Assembly (NCBI GenBank): GCA_030390025.1
Contig: CM059432.1
Span: forward strand, 118,732,001 to 118,796,000
Length of the DNA: 64,000 nucleotides
Direction of reading: 5' to 3'
Source: Squalus acanthias
Lineage: Eukaryota
Part shown: in pieces, positions 1-12,825 of the stretch
Layout: the number at the start of each line of letters is the position of its first letter
Numbering within the stretch: the stretch's first letter is position 1
The notes under the pieces: generated by a model
Told to the model about the DNA's origin: nothing
Database searches by the model: none
The model's input: only the letters and a program-made list of their open reading frames with translations
Made by a program: the position numbers and the translations under genes

Positions 1-165
1 CCCAGCAACCTGGTGACAGAATTAAATATCATACAGCCACAGAGCATACAACAGTCACTCATAGTGACTTGATGGCAGCAGCCAGTGAAATATGATCATG
101 TGCATAATGGTAACTTAAAATATTCTTATCATAACAGTTCTAATTCATCTCTTTACTCTCCCATA

Positions 166-1104
166 GGTTCATCAAATGCTCCTCCAACTGTCCAGCCAGT
201 GGAGGAAAACGACTCCTCAGAGGAAGCTGCAGTCTCTGAAGGTGCAACATCACACGACCCATGCTCACCCAGCACCAGCGCAGGTACACACACCTCGGTG
301 GGTCCTGTGAGAGAGAGAGTAGTGTTGTCACCTGGAGACCTGGAGTATCACAGATCACAAGTGAGCAAGAGCAGATGGTGGAGGCAGGGACAGCAGTAGA
401 GAGACTTCGTCGGAGGGCGCAGGACACTCCAAGCTCTGCTCAGCTGGACGCAGATGCTGAACCTCGGGTGCTGTCGACAAAGAGGATGATCTTGGAGGAG
501 TAGCAAAAATTGGGGGGGGCGATGTGTGTAATTGTAGGGAAAATGGAGGAGTCCATCTCCAAAATGAGCAGCACCATGTCGCAGGCAATCGCGACAATGT
601 GCTCTTCTATGGAAGGGATGGCCACCTGCATGGAGCAGCAAATGCGACAGTCCAACGAGAACATGCTTGCTGTGAACAACAGATTGCAGACGCTCATTGG
701 CCTCATCTCGAGAAGGTATACCAACGTAGACTTGGGCATTCATTGTCCCACTGCTGTGCAGCAAGGTGCACCCCAGCTCCTTGCTAACAGGGAAGTGCAG
801 GTGGCACATGAGAGGGATGATGGTGAGAGGGGACATGGAAGTGGGTGCTCTGCTCAAAACGCTCCCACTTCTCCCCCGTTGCCTCCCCCTCAGTCAGAGC
901 TCCCGATGGCCGAGTCTGCCCCTGCACATTTGCAGGAGGAGCAGTCTTTGGCGGGCCACTCACAGGCTCCAAAACCCAGAGAACGTTCGCCAAAAGTGTC
1001 TTAGCAGTCAGAGCAGAGATGTAAGCAGCCTGCCTCTACCGCTGCTGAAGCCACAGGGGGTGCACCTCATAGAAGTAGTAGGAAAAGAAAAATGACACAA
1101 TTGT
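166..1104 (+). pseudogene. Last exon of Harbinger Myb/SANT accessory protein gene (frameshifted)
   Basis: PSTSAGTHTSVGPVRERVVLSPG and MEESISKMSSTMSQ align with the 47428-48244 copy; preceded by the acceptor CTCTCCCATAG. Confidence 0.7.
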
Positions 1105-1357
1105 AGATGCACAAGGGTGTGTTCCAAAATGTTAGAGGGTTAAGTTTCATTTGTATTTATGAGCCACATAACTTCATTTCTTTGCACCACTTTCCCGTCT
1201 TGTCCATTGTTGCCTGCTATCTGGTAAGTGGCCTTGTCACTTGGAGTGAATGGTGAGAGATTACTGAAACTCGAGCAATGAGTTTGTGTGTGATAGGAAT
1301 GGTTTAGACATTTTAGGACTGCTTTGTGGTTTGTGGGGGGGTGGGGGTTGGCGGGGG

Positions 1358-3068
1358 TGTAGAATTCGCAATATATCGCGATTTTATAAATAAGGAGAAA
1401 AACACATAGTATCGTTCAAACAGCTTTTATTTCAGCAGAATGCTGTCAGGTTTTCAAAGTGGACACAAGCAGCCTGTAAAATGGCCGCCACGCCTCGTGG
1501 CAGAACATTCTAGACCTTTCGATAGGCAGACAAGATGGCGTTCCAATAAACATTTGTGCAGGATCGATCAAGACTAAGCACCTTTGAGATAATACACGAG
1601 ACATTATGGGTTTGCAGTATACACATAAATACTGGAATCGGTCTCTCAGGTACGAATAAGGGCTATTGTACCAAGCAATCAAGAACCCATCCAAAGACAT
1701 TAATATGCAAAATCCCAACGACTCTACGATGAGAGAGCCGTTAGCGGGTAGTTACAGAAAACATTTGGAAGCCCCAAAACCCCTCCAGGGAGAACACCGA
1801 CCGATTAAACAATGGGAAAAGTATTAACAGGTACTCAGACAGTTACGAGTATCCCCGAAACCCATTAAAACGGAGATCACCCTATACAAGAAATTTGAGC
1901 GCCAAACCCCAACAAAAGAAAAGACATTAAGGTTGGGCGGGAAAAGGAAGAATTTTGCACTATAACTGCAAGCTCCAACCGTCCATCTCTCTCTTATCCT
2001 CTTATTCGGTTGACTCTTATCCTGCTGGCGTTTATCCTCGTGGCTGCTCTTGACTCGCCGTCTTGTTCCTGCTTGCCTCGTGTCTCTTTTCAAAAGACTG
2101 TTGAACTTTACGATCCGCCCGGATCTGCCTCGTGGCGTGCTGCGAAGATCTGTGTGGAACTGGGCTGTGAAGCCTTGAAACGGGCGCACCATCCCGAGAA
2201 GTCGGTAAACAGTGTTGGAACCAAAGGCCCGAGATGAGATGAGATGAGATGAGATGAGAAGAGAAGAAGACCATACGTATCGCCACGGTCAGTAAGCTCC
2301 GACCGCGCCTGTAGGTCGAATAGACACTTTCCTTGCCCAGGAAGACCATCTTTGAATTTTACAGAACAGCCAGGAAGACTATTCTTCGAATTTTATCGCA
2401 TCAGTGCGAGGGCACAGGAAGACTTTTTTTTGAGTAGAGTCGGAACTCCGAAGACAACACAGATCTTCATGACAGCAGACAGTCCAGCCTGCTAGCCAGA
2501 GCAGAAACGAGTAAACAAGTGGGGTACAGAGACCCCTGATCAACACCTGGGTGATCAGGTGCTGCGGTGAAAAACATCCGATCAGAGTTTTCGGAATTCT
2601 CCGAGTTATCACGAGTGGTGAGCATGAGTCTCGATCCTACAAGTCTAGTTTAGAGCAGATATTGATAGGGGAGGGTTTAAGTTTTAAGGATAACTGTAAT
2701 GTGTGCCCCCATTTACGATGTGTCATTCGTTCCTCGTTTCCCTGAAATTAGTTACATAACTGCGTGTAAGATTGTACTGTCATTAATCTGTGCTTATGAC
2801 GTGTATTTCGTAATCTTAAATAACATGCAATAAAGATTTTCCATTTCGTACCATTCAACCGGGTCTACCTGAGTTTTCTCTCCATTACTGCTCTCGCATC
2901 TAAGTCCAGTGTCAGAACCGTAAGGGCGAGTGGGTCGAACCACTCACAGGTGTCTAGTGCTCCCAGACTGGCTGGAGACCAGAACAGGCAACAAGGCCTA
3001 AACCCGCACTAGCATCCAGGCTGCACAGAGCCACACGAATCTCACAGGTTCAGAGAGAAACCCTTACA
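1358..3068 (+). mobile_element. Solo LTR (~1.7 kb), copy 1
   Basis: TGTA...TACA termini flanked by G runs (GGGG TSD), internal (GAGAT)n, AATAAA near 2829. Homologous end to end with 54240-55885. Confidence 0.85.
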
Positions 3069-3089
3069 GGGGGAAGTTTGTTCAGCATC

Positions 3090-4346
3090 AGGGAGCCATA
3101 TGGATGCACTGGTTCATTATAAAGCCTTCCCGGATCTCCCGGGCAGCAATATGCGCCGTTGCTGGTGCCATCTCCACCTCAGATTCCTCCTCATCCTTCT
3201 CCTCTTCTTCCTTCTCCTCCTCATGTTCCACCTGCTCCTACTTCTCATCCTCCTCTGAAAACACTCTGCACTTTGTGCCTTGCTCCTCCTCGAGCTCCAA
3301 TCCTTGCTGCTGCGCTGTGTTGTGCAGTGTGCAGCATACGACGATCATTCTGGAGACCCTGCAGGTGCATACTGAAGGGCTCCTCCAGATCTGTCCAGGT
3401 ATCTGAAGCGCATCTTCAGCATCACAATTGCTTGCTCTGTTACACATCAGGTCGTGATGTGGCTTTGATTATAGTGCTCCTCGGCCTCATTGCTTGGCCT
3501 ACTCAAGGGTGTCATCAACCATGTCTTCAGTGGATAGCCCTTGTCTCCAAGCAGCCAGCCAGTGAGTCTGGTCAGAGGTGCAAAGAGCTGAGGGAGGGTG
3601 GACTAGCGCAGGATGAAAGAGTCATGACAGCTCCCTGGGAATCTGGCACACCACATGCATGATGATATTTTTCTGGTTGCAGACGAGCTGCACATTGAGG
3701 GAGTGGAAGCCCTTCTGGTTCACGAATACTCCTGGGTAATGATGGGGTGCCTTGATGGCCATACGTGTGCAGTCGATGATGCCCTGCACCTGTGGGAGGT
3801 CAGCCAGAGCCGCAAAGCCGAACACCCACTCAGTCACACTGGCTTAATCAGTGGCAAAGTATACGTAAGTGGCTGACTTGTGAAACATGGCATCAGTCAC
3901 CAGGGTGATGCATCTGTGGGCGGCCGACTGCGAGATCCTGGAAATGTCTGTTGCAGATCCCTGGAAGGAGCCTGAGGCAAAGACGTTGAGTGCGGCGGTG
4001 ACTTTGACAGCCACTGGTAACGCATGTCTACCAGGTCCACTTGGCAGCTGATTTTCTTCCAGAAACCTACAAATGTCTGCCACAAACTGACACGATAACC
4101 TCAGCCTCCTGAGGTACTGCTGTTCAGTCATGTCCAGGAAGCTCATCCTCTGCCTATATACCCTGTGTTGGGGTATCGCCTCCTGTGAGGTGCACCCCTG
4201 TGCTCATCCCCTCTCTCCTGTGGCATGACAGGTCAGTGGGGAGAAGACTGCTGCTGCTCCTGCTGGTGTGGCTGGTGTTGTTGCTGCTGGTGCTCATCTT
4301 GGTCCGAATCTGAGGTCCAAGGTGAAACAGCATAAGCGGAACCCAT
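3090..4346 (-). pseudogene. Harbinger (HARBI1-like) DDE transposase, disrupted
   Basis: Fragments [62 protein letters not shown] and VSRMIVVCCTLHN across several frames. Confidence 0.9.
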
Positions 4347-5331
4347 GCTGATCTGATAGATGCCAGGTAAAGTGGAGATCAGAAGCACAATCCTCCAATG
4401 TAGTGAGAGTGGCTTCCAAGGTTGTACAAATCACCTGCAAACAACTGAAAGCAAAATCTCTGTACAAATGTTGTCAGCAAGAGCCTTTCCCTTAGGCAAG
4501 GAAGCAGGTGTGAGGTGTGAGTATTTATGTGATTTTTCAACTCGCACAATGGCCGCTCAGCTCTCACTTTGCTTTCACAGGCGAGGTTCAGGAAACCCTA
4601 CAACCCTACAAGTAAAAGCTACAACCTCAGGTTAAAAAGCCTATTAATAGTCTGTTAACAAGCTCTTAAATACTTGAACGAGGTCGCCCGCCTCTCCCAA
4701 GCGGGTCTCTGGCGCGCTAAGAAACGCGCCTGAGTTAAAGGTAGAAGTTGGCAGGATGAAGGCGGCTTCCCGACGCACTGTAAATTTCAGCGCTTTTAAC
4801 TGCCCATCCACTCGCAAACCTGTACTCTCTTCAAAGGGAAAATTCCGGCCTATGCCTTGCAAAAAAAAAGACTGCATTGTTCATACTACTACGGAAAAGC
4901 ACGTACTCAAAATAAATTGTAATTCAAAGTGTACAGTTCCTGTGGAAAATTGACCAGAAATCCATTTCAGAACAACATCCTGCAAAGTTATCCATTAGAC
5001 TAACGCACATCAAAACATTAATAGCATGCACTTATATTTTTGATAACTGCAAATGAAAAGTGCTTTCATGTCAGAAACTTGAAATCAAGCTAAATTAATT
5101 TAAATTTCAATTCAAAAAGTGTACTCTTGTTTGCAAATGACTGATTCATTTTATTTTAACCTCTACAATGCTGGCACCTGTCACTCGGCAAGCCTTTTTT
5201 TAAAGATTACACAATGTGAGACTCAGTATGTTTAAAATCTTGTGCACAGTATGCTCTTCATGTAAGTGGCATGTTTATTTCCTTTAACAAATTTCCTGCC
5301 ATGCTACTTCTGTTGCTTAAGCATATCTATA

Positions 5332-6074
5332 GGCCCGGAATTTGCGGCCAGCAGCAAAGCGAAGGCCTTCGCTACTGGTCCCCAAGGTACGCTCCGCACA
5401 AGGATCCCTGTGTCGAGAACTTCGGGTTTTCCGACCTTGAATTCAATTCAGTGGAACTTAATGGGGGTCCCCTAGTGCGAGCTGCTGTGATGTCAACAGG
5501 CTGTCTGAGCAGCCAATCAAAAGGCAGAATTCTCACAGACAGCGAACAAGGAAGTGGGTAAGCCCTTAAAATTCTAACATTTTTAAATAGTTAGAGAGAG
5601 CAAAAGAAAGATTGGGGCTCTCATATGGGTAAAAGGCTAACCTGAAATAAAAATGCACAAACTCAATAAAAACATTTTTTTGAAAAGTTTCTTAAAAATT
5701 AAAGTTTTTATTAAAATGGAAAAATTTCACACTGCACAAAATTAAAATTAGCTTTCCAGGCCCTTAACATTTGTTTATCAGTCAAAACACTTTGGCTGTA
5801 ACTTTTAGTGGGGAATTTAAAACATAATGGCACAGGTACAAGATCTGAAGTTTTCATCAGTTGCAATGATCTCCGAGATTTCACTGATTGATGACCCTGT
5901 GGGGGGTGGGGTGCACAGCACAGCCAGTTTCGGGCTGTCATTGACAGACTGCAACTCCGGGATTTCCGTCTGCGCTTGCGCCTGCGCCAAATCCCGAAGT
6001 TGTGTTCAGTTTCCAAGGCGGTATGACGGTGTACTCTGAGAGTATGCCGTCATACCGACCGCAAATTCAGGGCC
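5332..6074. mobile_element. Non-autonomous Harbinger-type MITE
   Basis: TIRs GGCCCGGAATTTGCGG / CCGCAAATTCAGGGCC with 3-bp ATA TSD. Confidence 0.8.
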
Positions 6075-7944
6075 ATAATGTTTAATTACCAAGGAGTCCT
6101 TCCAGTTCCATCTCTAAGGCAGGAGATTCCACAGTGCCACCTACCTAAGGTCTAATAAAATGGAGCCTGTTGCCCAACAGTCCTCTTCCTGCCTCTCCCC
6201 TCTCCCTCCTGCCATCGTTCCAATGCCATGACCCACCGTTTCAAACATCAAGCAGTACAATCACTGGCTCTGTCCTTCCAAATGTGTGTTGTCTCTGGAG
6301 AAAACATTCTGAACTGTTTACATGTCTGTCACTGGTGCTGTAAACAATTTGAGATGATGAATTAATAATATCACACAGCATTAAAACATAATGGCACAGG
6401 TACAATATTTTCTAGTCTGTTGATGCCAATATTTGAAATACTAAGTTATAGTATTGATATCTATTTTGTTTTTAATCTATTAAAAGTAGTCACTTTTCTC
6501 TGCCTCTATAAAGCCACCAAACAATTTTGAGTTGGTCCCTATATTGTTTAAAATCAGTCTCTTATTGGCTGAAAACCAATTCCAATGGCTTGTTTTTTAC
6601 TCATCAGATCAAAATGTTCATGTATTTTTGTCTGACCCAGGAAATATAAGGAACCCAAAAAATCTGCTTGTCAGCCAAAGTAAAGTGAATGTGATTACAT
6701 GTATTGTCTATCAGTGGTGCTCTGATGATTATGATTATATAATGAATCAGTTAAAACTAATAGCACCAAAGAATGATACGGAACAAAAATTACTTGATGG
6801 ACATTGCTCCTCTTTTGTTATCATATCCATTTAGTTATTATATCCGTTATGTACTTTTTGTTAGCATTTAGTTGATTTTATTACTTCATAAACGTAGTGA
6901 TTAATCGTTAATCTTACTTCCCCCCCCCCCCCCCCCCACATATTCTTGCCTCGTCAATTAAAACCATGGACGCTGATAGCCCAAATATGCAATCTGCGTG
7001 GGTGAGCCGAGAGAGTAAATGTTGTCAGGCTATTGAAGTGCAGAATGCTTTGTTGATTAGTCCAATGCTATTCTCAGCGATGAGCTTTCTGATGCCTGGG
7101 CTGTTGGTGGATGCTTTCCCTCATATGAAAAGTGTGAAACCAATAGGCAGAACTTTCTACTTTGGCAGAGGTGTAGAACTGGTGGGATTGGATCGGCCGC
7201 CCTGTGTACACCCCACCCGTTCTTACGCTGATATCGCCAACAGCAACTTACGCCAAACCTTCCTGAGAATTATTAGCATACGGCGGAACATAAAAACCAG
7301 TGTAAAACAAGCGGAAATCAATGTAAGCAATCAGGGCACAAGGGAAGTGCGGAACATAAACCACCTTCCTTCTTTATGTCCCTCGTTATCTTATTGATGT
7401 TCTGAAAATTAAAGTTTGAAGCCATCAAACAACCATTTGCGCACATTAAGCACAGCATGTTTAAGAAAATGCAATTGTGTCAGCTTTTCTCTCTTTAACG
7501 TTACGGGGTCTGATGCCAGATAAAGCATAAGTCAAATCAATCCATAATAAATGAGAATTCATTCATGCAAACTAACGCTGCTGGGATATCAGTAATCTCC
7601 GCAGTGGCATTTGCCTGAATACAAGAAACCATGTCTAACTTATTGACCGATTAACTAAAATGGTTTTAAATTGTAGCTTTTCCCCAACAGCCACTGCATC
7701 GATAACGCATGAAAAAGAGAAGCATGTAAGTACAGACAGGACTTTATCAAATCCGACTCTTTTCATAAACTCCAAATTGCTCAAACCATCAGTTGCTGAT
7801 GTTAATTAATTCATTTCTATAATCATCTCTTATATTACCGATTTACAAAATCAACTCAAATTTGACTAATTTGCTTTAATAAAGAAAAGTGCAATTTTTT
7901 AAATCAAATTAAGATAATCTTAACTTACTCCTAGAATGTATTAG

Positions 7945-8240
7945 CTGGTCACAGCTGGGGTAGCGGGTGCTGCAATTAGTCACAGTGACCCTGGGTTAGT
8001 GAGGGGGGAAATGGGTACAAGCTCCTGACTATTATCCAGTCACCCCTGGTGAAAAGTATGGCAATCTGTTGCGGACAGGATTGAGCCCAGCTGTGATGCC
8101 TTCATAGTCCAAAAGCTTATTGCTCTTCGTTATCTCAGCTCATGCGCTAAGAATAGTCCGTTAGGCAAGACATAGAGGGAAGCTTGTACTCAAAAAACCA
8201 TCCACAAGCAAGAGTTGTCTCCTTCAGCGAGGAGGGGAGA
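7945..8240 (+). mobile_element. Probable old SINE-like repeat fragment
   Basis: Resembles remembered shark SINE bodies; boundaries uncertain. Confidence 0.3.
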
Positions 8241-9730
8241 AAATTGGCAAAACAAACCCTGCAGTCATTTCACCATATTCATCAACCCTACAGTGTAGAT
8301 GTTATTAAACGCCATCAACACACACAAGGCAGCATCCTGTGCGGTCAATATCTATCTATAGGTAGTGTAATGGAATTATCTCCCCAAGCCATATTTTTCC
8401 AGAGGTAACCCATCACCTCCATACATATCTGCAATTTATTCCTGGGCTTTGGATTTCGAGAGTACCTTTTGTTTTTCATTTTTTTTTGAAAGAAGTAAAT
8501 CTGAACCCCAATACCAGTGCTCATCTGTCATAGATAAATAGACAATACTGAGCTAGATCTGATGCCCTGTAATAGTTTAACCCATAATCACTTTGTGGCA
8601 GTACCCTAGATGTCATTTAGAAATTGTTTTGTTTAAAGAAAGGAGAAAGTCATTTATCACGAGACAGATGGGGTGGTTTTGTTCCTAAATAATTTGCAAA
8701 TGAGACTTCACCACATCCCATTGGGCTACAAAGCATTAATTTTTGTACTCATCCAGTGGTGCTGATTCCCCAACTCAAAGGGAGTGAGAGGGCTGAGCAT
8801 GAGAGGCAGGGCAAGTATTTAACATCCCTCAGACTGCCACGTTAGCTGGTATTAAACGTGAGCGAGAAGACGACACAGGAATACTAAACTTTGGAGTAGG
8901 AGCCAGAGCTGGTGCGTAGGTCACGTTCATTTCATTATTCAGAATTAAACTGTACCCACTATCAGTATTTGCAAAGCTTTAATGTTTGCAGAAAGTAAAA
9001 TAAAGGATACATTTGGAAGAAATTGATTAAAGATATCGCAATTTGTATTATTATTATTGCATAATGTAGCGCAAAAGGGATAATATGTTATACTTTTTTT
9101 GATGGTACTAATGACAATTTGAAAAGTAGGCTGAAAATAGTTTTGTTTGACAAGAAATGAAGTTCTAGTGTTTTAATCTCCAACCCCGTCCCCCCACCCC
9201 CCACCCACACAAACAAATCTACACAGATAACGGACTACCTGGAGCAAGGCATATGCACACCAATTTCATCCATGACTACACAAAACGTAAAACAAATAAT
9301 GATTTATCATCACATTAAAGGACAGAAATAGAGTTAAAAGCAAAGCCCTTTTTTGATCGGTCTGCAGATTGATCTGCCTGTGGTGCTGAAAAGACAATGG
9401 AGGGCTGGTAGGGTTTGCGTCAGCTGAGAGGCATCAAGATGGTGTGGTATCAACCCATAATAAACTGAGAGAATTCTTGTTTGTACAGACTGGTCATGTA
9501 CATGCATGTAATCCTCTCACTGACATTCACTTAGCATTAACCAACAGACCAAGAATGGTTTTGAATTGTTGCTTATTTATTTTTTAAATCATTGGTGCAA
9601 AAAGCTGAGGTCCATTTGTATTGAATGTCCCATAAGCAGAGTTTGCAGTTTGTCTTAAACTGAAAGTCAATAAATAGCTAATACATGCTGTAACTAGCAA
9701 AATATTGTTCCTGCCCTTGACTTTGCGGGT

Positions 9731-9890
9731 TTACCTGACCAGAACAAAGGGGCAAAATCTTAAAATTAGGCCTTTTAGGAATGAAATCAGGAAGCATTTA
9801 TTTTCACACAAAGTGTAGTGGAAATCCAAAGCTCTCTCCCCCAAAAGGTTGTAGAGTGAAATTTTGTTAGATATGGGTATCAAGGGATAT
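9731..9890 (+). mobile_element. Short degenerate CR1 ORF2 3' fragment
   Basis: AGAACAAAGGGGCAAAATCTTAAAATTAG...TTCACACAAAGTGTAGTGGAAATC resembles the CR1 ORF2 C-terminus. Confidence 0.55.
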
Positions 9891-12825
9891 GAACATACGA
9901 ACAATGACGGACAGGTAAAGACCATCTGGTCCATCCAACCTGTCCCACACAATTGCGATACCTTGTGTATCAGAACATATATACTCCACCCCACCCCACC
10001 CGAAACCATGTAATCTCCTGGGAGAGGCAAAAAAACAGATAAAAAACTGAGGCCAATTTGGGAAAAAAAATCTGGGAAATTCCTCCCCGACCCATCTAGG
10101 TGATCAAAATTAGTCCAGGAGATCACTCTGGCCCTGAATTCCCTGCAGTACTTACCTTCTGTAAGAGGTGATCACCAGCCCATCCAGAAACAAATCCAGC
10201 TCTCGCTTGAAGGAATTCAGCGATTCCACGTTCACCACACGAGACGGCAGCCTGCCCCAGACGTCCACTATTCTCTGGGAAAAGAACCGCCTCCTGACAT
10301 CTAACCTAGATCTAGCCTTATACAACTTAAATTTGTGACCCCTGGTCCTGCCTAACCTATTTAATTGAAATAAACTGTCAACTGGAACACAATCTATTCC
10401 CTTCATTATCTTATAAACTTCAATCAGATCCCCTCTAAGTCTTCACTTCTCTAAGGTGTAGAGTCCCAACTCTTTTAGCCTATCTTGATAACTAATATGC
10501 TTTAGACTAGGAATTCGTCTAGTGGCCCTCCTCTACACCCTTTCCAAAGCCTCAATATCACCCACCATGTGAGGAGATCAAAACTGCACACAGTATTCCA
10601 AGTGCGGCCTGACTAAGGTCTTGTACAAGGACAAAATAGTATGCCATGTCTTGTACTCAATTGTCCTATGGATACAACCCAACACGCTCTAGCTATCACT
10701 ACACGGCATTGCACTAGAATGCCCAAATCTCTTTCTATCTCCACCATCTTTAATGCCTTTCCCTGAAGGGTGTATGAATGTTTGCCCTGGCCACATGCAT
10801 AACACTGCACTTATCTAAGTTATACATCATTTTCCAGTCTTGAGCCCAATTCCCAGCACATTAAGATCCACCTGAAGCAGACAACATCATCTACAGTTCT
10901 AACACTCGCACGGATCTTGGTATCATCTGCAAATTTGCAGATTGAGCCCCCAACACCTACATCCAGATCATTAATAAAAATAGTAAAGAGCAACGGTCCC
11001 AACACTGATCCCTGTGGGACACCACTTGTGACCGGTCTCCAAACAGATTCAAATCCATCTATAACTACTTTTTGCCTATGTCCTGCCAGTCAATTCTCAA
11101 TCCAACTCAATATATTACGACTAATACCAGAGGCTTTGATCTTATAGAGAAATATCTTATGCGGTGCCTTATCAAAAGCTTTTTGGAAATCTAAGTAGTC
11201 AATATTTACTGGACTTCCGTCATCCACCAACTTTGTCACTTCTTCAAAAAATACAATTAGATTTGTAAGACATGACCTCCTTTTTATGAAGCCATGTTGG
11301 GTGTCCCTAATATGTCCCTCTCGATCCAAGTATTCAAATATTGCATCCCTAATGATTCCTTCAAGCATCTTACCTATTACTGCTGTTAAACTAATGGGCC
11401 TATAGTTACCCGGGTCTGTCACCTTTTTAAAGATGGGGATTACATTAGCCTCCTTTCAGTTTGTAGGAACCATTCCAGAGTGCAATGAACTATTAAAAAT
11501 ACAGGCTAAGGGCTCGCACAGCACATGCCCCATCTCCCTGAGGACCCTCGGGTGGATATTATCTGTCCCGGCTGCTTTATCTATTTTCAAGTTCTTAATT
11601 CTTTCTAAAACAATATGTTCATCTATGTTAATATTAGTTTTGTCAGTAACATTATTAAATTCTAATAGTCGAGCATCATCTTCAAGAGTGAAGACCGATG
11701 CAAAGTACTCATTTAATATTTCCGCCATACCCAGTGAGTCCTTTGTAACCTATCCTTGAACACTTGAACATCTTTCAATGGCCCAATACAGTCTTTGACA
11801 GCTCTCTGACTCTTCACATAACAGGAAAAGCTTTTCCCATTACTTCCACAAATATCTACGATCCTTTTTTCCATTAGCCTTTTTGCTGATCGAATAGCAG
11901 CCATTGTTTTCTTTAGTTGTTCCTTGTTCTACTCAACTCTGTTTAATTGAGTATTAAATGTCTTTAATTTATAGAAACATTTCTGTTTACATCTTATTTG
12001 TCTTTGTACATAACCAGTCAGCCACCTTGGCTTTTTCTTACCACATTTCCTTTTTTTGACTTTGGGTACATATTTGTTTTCCACATTTTTTATCTTGTGC
12101 TTAAAAACTTTCCATCTATATTATACATCGGTCTCATCACCACCCAGTAGGGTTAGCCAATTTACCCGTTCCAAATCATCTGCCACTTTGGTGCAGTTTA
12201 CTCTTCTGAAATCTGCTATGAGTTGCAGGTTCTCAGTACCTTCAGTTCTACCAGCCAATTGGAACCGTATAATATTGCGGTCACTGTTGGCCAGATGTTC
12301 CCTTACATGGAGGCCCGATACGAGGTCAGGCTCACTACTAAACACTAGATCCAATATATGATTATCCCTAGTTACTTCGTTAACATGTTGAGTCGGGAAA
12401 CAGTCTGGTATATTTTCGACAAATCTTTCAGCAGCACTTCCCACCACAACAGTAGGTAAACCATCGTGCCACTGAATGGCAGGAAAACTAAAGTCACCCA
12501 TCAGACAAAGTGGCATTTTATATTAAAAGCATTTGCAATCTGTTTCCATAAAAACTCATCATGTTCAGGTGTCTGATCCGGGGGTCAATAACAATTACCG
12601 ATAATTAGTCCCTGCCCGTGAGCTTGATCTACTGGAACCCAGATAGCCTCAGCTGTACTTGATGAGGCAATATCAAGTCTTTCTCTAGCTGTTAGATTCT
12701 CACTGATAAAAAGAGCAACCCCATCTCCCCATTGACCTATTCTATCCTTTCTGAAACTCTTGTAGCCCTTTAGGTGAATTTCTCTCCCATCACTTTCATC
12801 TAGACATGTCTCAGAAATACACAAT

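Larger units (their letters stand above)
1..4850. mobile_element. Decayed Harbinger/PIF DNA transposon (left end outside window), interrupted by a solo LTR at 1358-3068
   Basis: Bases 1-1100 are homologous to the Myb/SANT-gene last exon at 47284-48244. A convergent DDE transposase lies on the - strand. The element ends in GGGAAAATTCCGGCC (4850), the TIR type seen in other Harbinger copies here. Confidence 0.85.

Noticed and set aside
3090..4346. Host HARBI1 gene
   Set aside because: Frameshifted, multi-copy, bounded by a TIR and paired with a Myb gene, so a transposon copy rather than the domesticated gene.
6966..7397. 143-aa ORF as host exon
   Set aside because: No recognisable domain; the 3' half looks like a degenerate repeat fragment.
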